Source: Akkermansiaceae bacterium
GTDB lineage: Bacteria; Verrucomicrobiota; Verrucomicrobiia; Verrucomicrobiales; Akkermansiaceae
Assembly: GCA_051251915.1 (NCBI GenBank)
Contig: JBPOGF010000015.1
Coordinates: 50,951-114,950, forward strand
Direction of reading: 5' to 3'
Length of the DNA stretch: 64,000 nucleotides
Shown here: positions 40,800 to 50,785 of the stretch, piece by piece
Position numbering within the stretch: position 1 is the stretch's first letter
Layout: the number at the start of each line of letters is the position of its first letter
Position numbers and translations under genes: made by a program
Notes under the pieces: model-generated
The model's input: the letters and a program-made list of their open reading frames with translations, nothing else
Told to the model about the DNA's origin: nothing
Database searches by the model: none

Positions 40800-41315
40800 A
40801 TGTCAACAGCACTACCAGCAAGACCCAGATCCGCACCCACTCATAAATCACACATCGCTATCGTAGCGTCGATTTATAACGAACAGTACACAAATGCTCT
40901 GCTTCAGAACGCAAAAGAAGAGCTCGCTATCATCCTACCGAATACTCAACTCGATGTAGCAAGAGTCCCTGGCGCCTTTGAAATCCCTGTAGCATGTGAA
41001 CTACTACTCGGTAGTGACAATCCGCCAGACGCAATTATCGCGCTTGGTGTCATCATTCAAGGACAGACACAACATGCAGGCATGGTAGCAGAAGCAGTGA
41101 CCAACAGCCTTCAATCGATGGCTATCCGTCATAAAAAACCAGTAATTCATGAAGTTTTATTAGTAGAAGATGAAAAGCAAGCATATGCTAGGTGCATGGC
41201 TGCTAATCTAAACCGAGGCAGAGAAGCAGCTAGATCAGCCCATACCATGGTAGAACTTTTCCAAGCAATGAGCCAAGAAAAGGTAAAGAAACACGTCTCA
41301 TTCGCTAAAAAATAA
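40800..41315 (+). CDS. ribH: 6,7-dimethyl-8-ribityllumazine synthase
   Basis: VPGAFEIP, ALGVIIQGQTQH, QAYAR; precedes nusB. Confidence 0.93.
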   Translation: MSTALPARPRSAPTHKSHIAIVASIYNEQYTNALLQNAKEELAIILPNTQLDVARVPGAFEIPVACELLLGSDNPPDAIIALGVIIQGQTQHAGMVAEAVTNSLQSMAIRHKKPVIHEVLLVEDEKQAYARCMAANLNRGREAARSAHTMVELFQAMSQEKVKKHVSFAKK

Positions 41316-41317
41316 TT

Positions 41318-42217
41318 ATGTCTAGCCGCAGAGAAATAAGAGAAGCAGCCATCCAGTTTCTATATTGTAATGACCTAGAAGAAGGAGCCCCAGCAGACGA
41401 AGCATCAGATGCATTCTGGGAACTCCTACTCGAATCAGACTTTTCTAAGCTTACCAAAGCATCAGTCAAATCTGTCCTTCATCTCAACCAAGGGAGACAG
41501 AAGCGTTACGTTAAACTAGTAGAAAAGTCCCCTGAACTTGAGTCACTCATCTTCGCTGACCCAAATGCTAAAAAGCTAGGGCGCGCACTCGCTGCGGTCA
41601 TCAAAAGCGAGAACAAATGGCAAGCATTGATTGATAGCATGTCACGCATCTACAAGCCACAGAACGAAGAAGTTCAAACTGACCTGTCAGATGTTTTAAA
41701 CGAGATTTACCTACTCAATAATACCCTCACAGTTCAACGTAAAGCCTGGGAAGAGCAACTTGCTGACTACCCGCAGTTCAAGGTTAATGCTGAGTCTGTA
41801 AACGCCAGCATCGGTGCACTTCAGCGCGTATCCGATCGCATCCATATGGTGAAGAATCCAACTCTCTTCCCTGCTCACTCAGACGTAGCTCACCTAGTTG
41901 CAACTGCCGAGAAAATGAAGTCCATGCGTAACTCAGTTGACCAAAAAGTAACTCTAGTTACCGCCAACAAAGACAAAATCGATGAAATGATCCACTCAGT
42001 AGTAGAAAACTACGTCCCTGAGAGAATCAACCCAGTAGATAGAGCTATCCTCAGACTTGGTGCAGCAGAGATCTTATTTGATGATGCTCTCCCCGCACCA
42101 GTTTCTATCAACGAAGCCGTTGAAATCGCGCAAAAATTCGCGTCTTCAGATTCATCAAAGTTCATCAACGGTATCCTTGATAAGATTGCCAAAACAATCG
42201 CACCATCCAACACTTAA
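41318..42217 (+). CDS. nusB: Transcription antitermination factor NusB with a large internal insertion
   Basis: RREIREAAIQFLY at N-terminus; VDRAILRLG...INEAVEIAQKF...FINGILD at C-terminus. Confidence 0.92.
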   Translation: MSSRREIREAAIQFLYCNDLEEGAPADEASDAFWELLLESDFSKLTKASVKSVLHLNQGRQKRYVKLVEKSPELESLIFADPNAKKLGRALAAVIKSENKWQALIDSMSRIYKPQNEEVQTDLSDVLNEIYLLNNTLTVQRKAWEEQLADYPQFKVNAESVNASIGALQRVSDRIHMVKNPTLFPAHSDVAHLVATAEKMKSMRNSVDQKVTLVTANKDKIDEMIHSVVENYVPERINPVDRAILRLGAAEILFDDALPAPVSINEAVEIAQKFASSDSSKFINGILDKIAKTIAPSNT

Positions 42218-42253
42218 CCAAGTTTCTAATACAGCTAAAACACATCCCAAGGC

Positions 42254-44401
42254 ATGAGTAAAAACTTCACATTTCTAGGCACAGAAAACATCCCGCAGAC
42301 TGCCACACTCATCGTCCCAGGAAGACTCAGCCACGTAGAACTAATTGCTCTTGAGCAACACCTCGCTGGACGCAAAACCATCTGGCTCTGTGAAGAAAAA
42401 GTCATTCTACCAACGGAAACTGAAAACTATCTAGCTGAGAAAAATGCGGACGCCGTTTCATTCTCTGCAACTGACTCTGGACTAGAAACAGTTGGCTCCC
42501 AACTCAAGAAAGACCTCGGCGACGACGGCGTTGCTATCTTCCTCCCAGGAAAAGTGAATGCTTTGCTAGGCTCAGCCTCACACATCGAAGCTCCTACACT
42601 CACCGCGCTCTGCGGCCTTAGGTTGCCCGTCACTCCTCTCGCTGTCCATGATCCCATGCAGACACGCTTGAAGACGACTACTGGTCTCCCCGGCTCCTAC
42701 TTAGTCTTCATGCCCGAGATAGCTGCATCAAACGTTAATCCAGCTAAATGGCAACAAGCTAATCTCTTAGGTATATCTGAAGCATTTAGCCAGCGACCAT
42801 TCCTTAAAGAATCTCTCGGCTACAACCTTCTCAAAGGCCTTAAACTTAATTCCAAGGTCAAAATTATCGATGGCACAAATGATCAAGAGCGCAACTATGG
42901 CGTTATCCTTGGTATCGCATTAGCCTTCGCCAAGCACCTGAAAGAGCAGACACAAAAAAAACGTGTCGCCATCATCTTACCTCCAGGCATAGGCGGACTC
43001 GTCGCAAACTTAGCCGTCATCTTCGCCGGTAAAGTTCCAGTAAATATCAATTTCACAGCCAGTCACGAAGCCATCAAATCATGTATCGCTCAAGCGGATG
43101 TCGACAAATACATCACAGCAGATCCCTTTGTAAGAAAAGTCAGCGACTTCCCTTGGCCTCCAGTCAGAGACCTAATCCACGTTGAACGCATCCTCCCAAA
43201 TCTCAAAAAATCCATCAAACGCTGGGTCATCGTCACAAAACTCTTTCCTGTAAACTTGATCGCAAAATTCGCCAACATCAAGAAAACAGGTGGAGACACG
43301 GAAGCTGTATTGCTATTTACCTCAGGCTCATCTGGAGCACCGAAAGGAGTCCCACTCACCCACCGCAACCTACTCGCTAACGTCTGTCAGTTCAGCACCA
43401 GACTTGGCCTGCAAACTGGTGAGGCGTCTATTCTAGGTTGCCTGCCCTTATTCCATTCATTCGGCTGCACAGCCACACTCTGGTTCCCTATCATCCAAGG
43501 AATAGAAATAGTCTCATACCCTAGCCCACTTGACACAAAGAGACTAGCTGAACTCATCGAGAAGAACAAAATCACCTTCCTCATCTCCACCCCTACATTC
43601 CTAAGAGGCTACATGCGCAGAGTAAATCCTGAGCAACTCGCCTCCGTCAAACTGGTAATCACCGGAGCTGAGAAACTACCTACTTCGTTGGCCGATTCAT
43701 TCCACAAAAAGTTCGGCATCTATCCACTAGAAGGCTACGGACTCACAGAAACTTCCCCAGCAACTAATTTCAACATCATTAACCCTCCTACCGATACCGA
43801 AGAACCAAATCTCAGTTCAGATAGAGTTGGCTCAGTTGGCCAATTCCTAGCAGGTATTGCAGTGAAGATGACAGATGCAGCTACTGACAAAGATTGCGAC
43901 ATCGACCAATCAGGAATCATCTGGCTCAAAGGATCAAATATTTTTCCAGGCTATCTCGACAATCCAGAAAAAACCGAAGAAGTATTCGAAGATAATTGGT
44001 TTAAGACTGGTGATGTCGGTAGAGTCGACGAAGATGGCTTCCTTCACATAGAAGGAAGAATCTCAAGATTCTCCAAGATTGCAGGAGAGATGGTTCCTCA
44101 CGAAAACCTAGAAGCATCCATTATCGAAGTCCTCGGACTAGATGAGGAAACAGAACGCAAAGTTGCTGTTGTCGGAGTTCCTGATGAGAAGAAAGGTGAA
44201 GCTATTATCTTACTTTCTTGCATCACCCCTGTGGAGACAGCCTCACAAGCATGTATCGACCTGCGCTACAAACTGCTAGATGCTAAAATTCCGTCCCTCT
44301 GGTGCCCTAGAGACATCATCCCTGTTAGCGAAATCCCTATCCTAGCCTCTGGCAAATTAGACATTAAAGGCTGCGAGGATCTTGTTGCCGAACTACGCTA
44401 A
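42254..44401 (+). CDS. Aas-like acyl-ACP synthetase (AMP-binding) with degenerate N-terminal acyltransferase-like domain
   Basis: FTSGSSGAPKG, EGYGLTE, KTGD, RFSKIAGEMV. Confidence 0.88.
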   Translation: MSKNFTFLGTENIPQTATLIVPGRLSHVELIALEQHLAGRKTIWLCEEKVILPTETENYLAEKNADAVSFSATDSGLETVGSQLKKDLGDDGVAIFLPGKVNALLGSASHIEAPTLTALCGLRLPVTPLAVHDPMQTRLKTTTGLPGSYLVFMPEIAASNVNPAKWQQANLLGISEAFSQRPFLKESLGYNLLKGLKLNSKVKIIDGTNDQERNYGVILGIALAFAKHLKEQTQKKRVAIILPPGIGGLVANLAVIFAGKVPVNINFTASHEAIKSCIAQADVDKYITADPFVRKVSDFPWPPVRDLIHVERILPNLKKSIKRWVIVTKLFPVNLIAKFANIKKTGGDTEAVLLFTSGSSGAPKGVPLTHRNLLANVCQFSTRLGLQTGEASILGCLPLFHSFGCTATLWFPIIQGIEIVSYPSPLDTKRLAELIEKNKITFLISTPTFLRGYMRRVNPEQLASVKLVITGAEKLPTSLADSFHKKFGIYPLEGYGLTETSPATNFNIINPPTDTEEPNLSSDRVGSVGQFLAGIAVKMTDAATDKDCDIDQSGIIWLKGSNIFPGYLDNPEKTEEVFEDNWFKTGDVGRVDEDGFLHIEGRISRFSKIAGEMVPHENLEASIIEVLGLDEETERKVAVVGVPDEKKGEAIILLSCITPVETASQACIDLRYKLLDAKIPSLWCPRDIIPVSEIPILASGKLDIKGCEDLVAELR

Positions 44402-44417
44402 AAACTCACACTTCCTC

Positions 44418-45398
44418 ATGTCTAATCCAGACGCCAATCTCGTGCGCTTTGACCGCTTTATGCAACAAGCTTTGCACGACCCAGAAAAAGGCTACTACTC
44501 CAGAAATATCCAAACTGTGGGCGCCGACGGCGACTTTTCTACCACAGCCACACTTAGTAATGTCCTAGGTAAAGCCATTGCAAAAACAGCGATGGAATGG
44601 TCACGCACTAACAAGACCCCATTAAACCTGATCGAAATCGGCGGTGGTGATGGATCACTTGCCGAGTCAGTCATCAAATCCATCCCCTTACTCAAACGCT
44701 GGCGATTACACTATCACATCATCGATAGCTCTGTGCCCCTTACACAAAAGCAACAGCAGCAAAATACAATCTCTAACAAAGTCAGCTGGCACAGCGAAAT
44801 CAAATCAGCTCTAGATAAATGCAATGGAATCGCATTCATCTTTTCTAATGAACTCGTCGATGCCTTCCCCGTGCGCGTCTTTAGAAAAGCAGATAACCAC
44901 TGGAATGAATTATACCTCCACAAGGAAGAAGAACATTTCCTCCCCTGTGCCGATACTTTACCTGATTCATCCGCAATCAACCACAAAGCTCATTACACCG
45001 GCCAGCGCATCGAGATTCACCAGTCATATCGTGAATGGCTAGATGATTGGCTCCCCAGTTGGAAACGCGGCCAACTTCTCACCATCGACTACGGCGACAC
45101 CCACCCCAAAGTCTATTTCCGACTACCAAAAGGAACTCTGAGAGCATACTCCCACCACCAACGCATCACAGGAAAAGCAGTCTACCACCACCCAGGCAAG
45201 CAGGATATCACCGCTGACGTAAACTTCACTGATCTCATCAACTGGGGTAAACAAGCAGACCTAGAAACAGTATCCCTCATGACCCAACGCGAGTATCTCA
45301 GATCACACGTCACACAGACCAAAGCAGATCAATACCTAATCCACCCCGATGGTGCTGGCTCAGCCTTCAAGGTCTTACTACAGCAGAAAGGCAAGTAA
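44418..45398 (+). CDS. SAM-dependent methyltransferase, MidA/NDUFAF7 family
   Basis: FMQQAL..GYY, GDFST, EIGGGDG, SNELVDAFP, IDYG, QDITADVNF. Confidence 0.9.
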   Translation: MSNPDANLVRFDRFMQQALHDPEKGYYSRNIQTVGADGDFSTTATLSNVLGKAIAKTAMEWSRTNKTPLNLIEIGGGDGSLAESVIKSIPLLKRWRLHYHIIDSSVPLTQKQQQQNTISNKVSWHSEIKSALDKCNGIAFIFSNELVDAFPVRVFRKADNHWNELYLHKEEEHFLPCADTLPDSSAINHKAHYTGQRIEIHQSYREWLDDWLPSWKRGQLLTIDYGDTHPKVYFRLPKGTLRAYSHHQRITGKAVYHHPGKQDITADVNFTDLINWGKQADLETVSLMTQREYLRSHVTQTKADQYLIHPDGAGSAFKVLLQQKGK

Positions 45399-45503
45399 CC
45401 TTCTTTCATTACTCTCAAAAAATCCAACCGGCGCGATCAATTCTGACCGCAACTTTGGACTTCTCAAAAAAAGGAATAGATGATGAAAATGTGATCTGTT
45501 AGA

Positions 45504-46571
45504 TTACTTCTTTAGTAAACTTAGGAATGTAGGTAAAACCTTCTTGAAGAGTGAATTCTTACCCCCACGGGAGAGCTGATCAGTCACTAGCTCAGGACAT
45601 GAATCACTATCAGCAGGCCCATGAAGATCTAAGGAATGCTTCCCACAATCTAACTGGTGATGTAAATATTTACTTCCCGCTTCACGACTCACACACATGG
45701 TGACACCGTCAGCAATGATTTCTATTTTCCCAATCGCTGCACTGTCTTCCTCAAAAGTAATTTCAGCATCCACCAGATTCCCACCCTTTGTCAGAAAACG
45801 ATAACTCCCAGCTTCAGCCTTATCAGAGATCAAGTCCTGTGAACGTGTCCAACCTGCCATAACTACAAACCAAGCCAACAACTGCAACCCAGATGTAAAA
45901 TGCTCAGGATTAACTACTAGCTTAATTTGACTCACAGAATTCAATGACTTAGATGCTGTTAGATCATCGTAGAGTGATGCAATCGCGAGCCTGAAATGAT
46001 AGGTTCTAGTCCATGCCAAATCCTGTACCACTAAGTTCACCTGACTAATCGCTTCATTGATAAGATCAAATGATTCTTCAGCATCATCCCAGCTAGAACT
46101 ATCTATCACTAGCCTATCAATCCTACGATATAAACTCTCGCTAAACATGCTACTCAGATTACCCTGCCACCAAAAAATGAGTGGTAAGTCGCTCTGAAGA
46201 TGCGCAAAAATAGTATTTCTAAATCTACCTCTTGAATGCCCTGTTAGATGAAAAGCTATCTGCTCGCAACACACTGACTTCTGCCCGTGTGCTAAATGAC
46301 AATGAGCAGTGATCCACGCTCTAACAGAAATCTCCTCCACATTCCTATCAAGCCCTATTAAAAGTGCACGGCAAGCATGTTCACGAGTGATCTCGCGGAT
46401 GATCTCTGAGTTCTTAGCCAGCGCCCCATTCTCCTCTGAGTATACTGCCAGGTTTATCAGTGAGGCATTCGTGCGTGCCTCATCCACCTCCCAGAGCTGG
46501 CGCAGTTCACGCTCTATTTTTTCTACAGGTACTTCTATACCTAGCATCATCGCATTATCAGGAACCGTCAT
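45504..46571 (-). CDS. opcA: Glucose-6-phosphate dehydrogenase assembly protein OpcA
   Basis: IERELRQLW, VCCEQI, DLPLIFWW, DLAWTR; follows zwf. Confidence 0.85.
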   Translation of the reverse strand: MTVPDNAMMLGIEVPVEKIERELRQLWEVDEARTNASLINLAVYSEENGALAKNSEIIREITREHACRALLIGLDRNVEEISVRAWITAHCHLAHGQKSVCCEQIAFHLTGHSRGRFRNTIFAHLQSDLPLIFWWQGNLSSMFSESLYRRIDRLVIDSSSWDDAEESFDLINEAISQVNLVVQDLAWTRTYHFRLAIASLYDDLTASKSLNSVSQIKLVVNPEHFTSGLQLLAWFVVMAGWTRSQDLISDKAEAGSYRFLTKGGNLVDAEITFEEDSAAIGKIEIIADGVTMCVSREAGSKYLHHQLDCGKHSLDLHGPADSDSCPELVTDQLSRGGKNSLFKKVLPTFLSLLKK

Positions 46572-46595
46572 TATATTTTTTAAATTCTGTTAGGA

Positions 46596-48134
46596 TTAAA
46601 GTCTGCGCCAAGTATTGCCGTCTTTTGCCAATAGATTGTCTGCCTTCTCTGGCCCCCATGAACCAGCCACAAAGTCAGTCATCTCAGGCTCTTGTCCAGC
46701 ATCACTCTCATGCCAAGCTCTGTGGATATGATCGATAAATTTCCACGCCTCTTCCACTTCATCACGACGTGCAAAGAGAGTTGCATCTCCAGCCATCGCA
46801 TCTAACAGAAGTCGCTCGTATGCCTCAGGGCTTCCTTTTCCGAAACTCGTAGAATAATGGAAATCCATCTTCACTGGCTCCAGTCTTAAAGTAGTCCCTG
46901 GTAGTTTAGAGACCATACGTAAAGAAATACCCTCATCAGGCTGAATTCTGATTACCAGAACGTTACCCTCATCAGTCTCACCAGGAGTTGCATTGAAAAG
47001 CACGTTAGGCGCAGATCTGAAATGCACAGATATTTCCGTTGCCTTCTTAGGCAAACGCTTACCCATTCTAATATAAAATGGAACCCCACTCCAACGCCAA
47101 GTATCCACCATGCAGCGCAGTGCCACATAACTCTCAGTCATTGACTCAGGATCTACTCTGTCCTCCTCGCGGTATCCCACCACACTCTTACCATGAACAT
47201 GACCAGCAGTATATTGCGCACGCACCACATTCTCAGAAACTAGCTCAGGAGTATCCCATTGGCGTAGTGATCGGATCACTTTCACCTTCTCGTCACGCAC
47301 ACCATCAGCACTAAGATCAGTTGGTGGCTCCATCGCTACTAAGCTCAGCAATTGAAGTAAATGGTTCTGCACCATATCTCTCAGCGCACCAGCTTTATCA
47401 TAGTATCCACCGCGGCCCCCCTCCATACCAAGATGCTCAGAACAAGTAATCTGCACCTGCTTGATATAACGGCTATTCCAAAGCGGTTCAAAAATAGCAT
47501 TTGCAAATCTCAGCACCATAATATTCTGCGCCGTTTCCTTGCCCAAATAGTGATCAATACGATACGTATCCCTCTCCTCAAAAGTCTGATTCACCACCTG
47601 ATTCAAATGCTGCGCACTCGGAAGATCTGTCCCAAATGGCTTCTCTACGATCACCCGTGACCAGCAACCATCCTTTGATTCATTAAGCCCAGCCCCTTTA
47701 AGGTTCTGTAAAATATCATCAAAGAACTCTGGCGCACTAGCTATGTAGAATAAACGATTCCCCTTACCACCACGCTCCGCATCAATAGCATCTAACCTGT
47801 CCGCAAGTCTCTTGTAACCATCTAAATCCTGAAACTCACTCTGATGGTACTCCACAGTATTCTCAAAATCTTGCCAAATCTCTGCATCATGCCCGTTCCT
47901 AGAAACCTCCTGATTCAACTCCTTAAGCCCTTCTCTGAAAACGTCATCAGACTTCTCCCTACGGGCAAAACCTATGATCTTCACTCCCGGAGGAAGCTCA
48001 CCATCAACCGCCAAGTTATACAACGCAGGAATCAGCTTACGGTGAGTCAAATCTCCCGTGGCACCGAATATCACTACCGAGCACGCCTCAGGACGTGATC
48101 GGGACACTAAATCTTCTCTAAATGGATTGCTCAT
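46596..48134 (-). CDS. zwf: Glucose-6-phosphate 1-dehydrogenase
   Basis: GATGDL, EKPFG, RIDHYLGKE, DMVQNH. Confidence 0.98.
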   Translation of the reverse strand: MSNPFREDLVSRSRPEACSVVIFGATGDLTHRKLIPALYNLAVDGELPPGVKIIGFARREKSDDVFREGLKELNQEVSRNGHDAEIWQDFENTVEYHQSEFQDLDGYKRLADRLDAIDAERGGKGNRLFYIASAPEFFDDILQNLKGAGLNESKDGCWSRVIVEKPFGTDLPSAQHLNQVVNQTFEERDTYRIDHYLGKETAQNIMVLRFANAIFEPLWNSRYIKQVQITCSEHLGMEGGRGGYYDKAGALRDMVQNHLLQLLSLVAMEPPTDLSADGVRDEKVKVIRSLRQWDTPELVSENVVRAQYTAGHVHGKSVVGYREEDRVDPESMTESYVALRCMVDTWRWSGVPFYIRMGKRLPKKATEISVHFRSAPNVLFNATPGETDEGNVLVIRIQPDEGISLRMVSKLPGTTLRLEPVKMDFHYSTSFGKGSPEAYERLLLDAMAGDATLFARRDEVEEAWKFIDHIHRAWHESDAGQEPEMTDFVAGSWGPEKADNLLAKDGNTWRRL

Positions 48135-48304
48135 GAATGATCGAACCATTACCTAAAAACACCATTTAGCCAAGTGGTAACTTTGTCTTAAACCCTGAAG
48201 TGCTGAAGTTGACAGAAATTGACCATCCCCCCATGAATACAATGTCACTTTTCCTCAACTTCTAGTTTGCCCAATAACCAAATATCGCTACACTATCATC
48301 TAAC

Positions 48305-48571
48305 ATGTCATCAACACCATCAGCGGATCCACGCTTCAACAACTTCGTCCTCCTGCAGGCTCAAAATGCAGGCTTATTTCTTGGCCAGCTCCCTCACCCC
48401 ACCACAGGGAAAAAAACAATTAACCTCGTCGCCGCAAAAAGCGTTATAGACTCATTAGATATGCTCGCTGTCAAAACCGCCGGCAACCTAACAACTGAAG
48501 AACATGCCCTCCTCACAAAAGCCATAGAAAACCTCACCAACCTCTACAAAACAGCAGAAGCCTTAGGCTAA
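48305..48571 (+). CDS. DUF1844-family small protein
   Basis: LGQLPHP...NL..AK..ID.L.ML..KT.GNLT.EE. Confidence 0.85.
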   Translation: MSSTPSADPRFNNFVLLQAQNAGLFLGQLPHPTTGKKTINLVAAKSVIDSLDMLAVKTAGNLTTEEHALLTKAIENLTNLYKTAEALG

Positions 48572-48615
48572 CTCCTCCTCCAAATTTAAATCCTAAACCT
48601 TTAAACTTACACACC

Positions 48616-49398
48616 ATGAAACAACCATTTTTTATACTCGGGCCCTGCGGACTAGAAAGCGAAGACTTTGCCTGGGAAATGGCTCGCTCCATCAAACCCA
48701 TCGCTGATAAACTCGGCATTGATTGGTATTTCAAAGCATCCTACGATAAAGCCAACCGCACCTCAGGAGACGCATTCCGCGGACCAGGAGTCAAAGAAGG
48801 CACCCGCATCCTCGGTGAAATTTCTAAGGAACTCGGCATCCCCGTCACCACAGACATTCACCACCCACACGAAGCTGATATCGCTGCCGAGCACATCGAC
48901 CTCCTCCAGATCCCAGCCTTCCTCTGCCGCCAGACAGATCTCATCGAAGCCTGCGCCAAAACCGGCCGCTCAGTGAACGTCAAAAAAGGCCAATTCCTCG
49001 CACCACTAGACGTAGTCAACATTGCAAAAAAACTACACTCCTACAACTGCGATGACTTCTACATCACCGAGCGTGGCACCAGCTTCGGATACAACAACCT
49101 CGTTGTAGACATGCGCTCACTCTACATCATGCGCGAAGAAGGAATCCGCGTCATCTTTGACGCCACTCACTCAGTTCAGCGCCCAGGCGGCCTCGGCGGC
49201 TCTACCGGTGGCGATGGCTTTCTCGCACCAGTCCTAGCCCGCGCAGCCGTAGCCACAGGAGTAGAAGGTGTATTCATGGAAACGCACTCCAACCCAGCGA
49301 AAGCCCTCTCAGATGGGCCTAACCAGATCCCGCTCACCGAGATCGAATCAGTCATCCAGAAACTCCTAGCAGTTCATAAAGCAGCCCACGGCGAGTAA
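48616..49398 (+). CDS. kdsA: KDO-8-phosphate synthase
   Basis: KASYDKANRTS, QIPAFLCRQTD, KKGQF, DATHSVQ, SDGPN. Confidence 0.97.
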   Translation: MKQPFFILGPCGLESEDFAWEMARSIKPIADKLGIDWYFKASYDKANRTSGDAFRGPGVKEGTRILGEISKELGIPVTTDIHHPHEADIAAEHIDLLQIPAFLCRQTDLIEACAKTGRSVNVKKGQFLAPLDVVNIAKKLHSYNCDDFYITERGTSFGYNNLVVDMRSLYIMREEGIRVIFDATHSVQRPGGLGGSTGGDGFLAPVLARAAVATGVEGVFMETHSNPAKALSDGPNQIPLTEIESVIQKLLAVHKAAHGE

Positions 49399-49462
49399 GC
49401 CTAAAAACTTACCCCTAGCCTAGCTCCATCCACACGCTTCACCAACCTATAGTCTATAATCT

Positions 49463-50770
49463 ATGCTCCGTCACCTCATCTTCCCCATCCTCATCTGCAA
49501 CATCGTCTTAGCAGATGACCTCAGCGGGGAGGCTGAAGTAATCATAGATGAACCTAAAGACCGCATACCAGCCCTCGAACTACTTCCAGCTGGAAGCATT
49601 CTCAAGAAAATTCATATTCCACGCTACAATAAAGACTACACCCCCGCCTCCTTGCTTACCGCCGACCAATTCGAAGTCATCAGTGATCAAGAAATTCAAG
49701 GAAGCAAAGTATGCATTTCTCTCTACGATTCTGAAGGAAAAATCAAAACACAGACCAAACTCAACACTGTAAATTTCAACCAAACCACAGGGCTCATCAC
49801 AACTAAAGAAAACTTAACATTTTCTGGCGACCTATTCACTGCTTCCAGTCAAGGAGTTACACTAGATTGGCAAAACCACCGTGGTTTTTTACTAGGCAAA
49901 AATCAAACCATCATCTACCTTAAGGTACCTACTTCAATGACAAATTCTCCAAATACGCTCCAACAACCTGTCAAAAATAGCACCAAGCCAAATTCCGCCT
50001 CAAAACTTGGAGTCGTAGCCACCGCAGCAGCCATTGCCTCATCCCCTACCTTCCTCTCTGCTCAAGAACTAGCTCAGATAGACCACCTCGCTCAGCCATC
50101 CACCGCACTATTCATTGAGCAACTCGATCAAACAAAAGCAGCCCTCGCTGCCACAGCAGAAGCAGAAGCCAAAATCGCGACCATCCGCAAGGAACTCACA
50201 GCCCAACTCGGAACTATTCCTAAGATCGACGCATCTCAACCAGCCCCACCCGAACTAACACCAACACCGGGTAAAGATTTTATCAAGATCACTAGCGACC
50301 GACTCCTATTCGACGCTAAAAAAGGAATTTTCGTCTACTACGGAAACGTCCGCATCACACACCCAAAATACACCTTCACCTGTGATGGCGAACTCAAACT
50401 CATCCTAAGTGAAACCGCAGCAGCTAAAAAACTTACCCCTGAAGCGCGCGCCAAGCTCAAGCCAAATGATATCTTTGACGACATCAGCCAAATTATTGCA
50501 ACCAAGAATGTCATTGTCCGAGGCAAAGACAGCAAAGGCCAACCAGTCTCCGGCATCACTGAAAATTTAAGCTATTCCAAATCCACTGGTAACATCATCC
50601 TCAAAGGGAAAGGCTCCCGCATCACTACTACTGATGCTCAACTCAAAGTCATAACCCAAAACGGCTACCTCAAACTTGATCAGAACATGAACGCATCAGG
50701 TCAAGGAGCTGAAACCTACGGTAGCCTACCAGAAAACAGTAAAAAACCTCAGAAGCCAAAAACTCAATAA
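49463..50770 (+). CDS. LPS-transport beta-jellyroll protein, apparently an LptC-like plus LptA/OstA-like fusion
   Basis: Lies between kdsA and lptB; C-terminal ITSDRLLFD..KGIFVYYGNVRI...TCD OstA-like pattern; N-terminal beta-strand-rich LptC-like part. Confidence 0.7.
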   Translation: MLRHLIFPILICNIVLADDLSGEAEVIIDEPKDRIPALELLPAGSILKKIHIPRYNKDYTPASLLTADQFEVISDQEIQGSKVCISLYDSEGKIKTQTKLNTVNFNQTTGLITTKENLTFSGDLFTASSQGVTLDWQNHRGFLLGKNQTIIYLKVPTSMTNSPNTLQQPVKNSTKPNSASKLGVVATAAAIASSPTFLSAQELAQIDHLAQPSTALFIEQLDQTKAALAATAEAEAKIATIRKELTAQLGTIPKIDASQPAPPELTPTPGKDFIKITSDRLLFDAKKGIFVYYGNVRITHPKYTFTCDGELKLILSETAAAKKLTPEARAKLKPNDIFDDISQIIATKNVIVRGKDSKGQPVSGITENLSYSKSTGNIILKGKGSRITTTDAQLKVITQNGYLKLDQNMNASGQGAETYGSLPENSKKPQKPKTQ

Positions 50771-50785
50771 TTTTAAATAAGTAAC

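Noticed and set aside
45504..48134. zwf-opcA as unusual
   Set aside because: A well-described pairing in several phyla.
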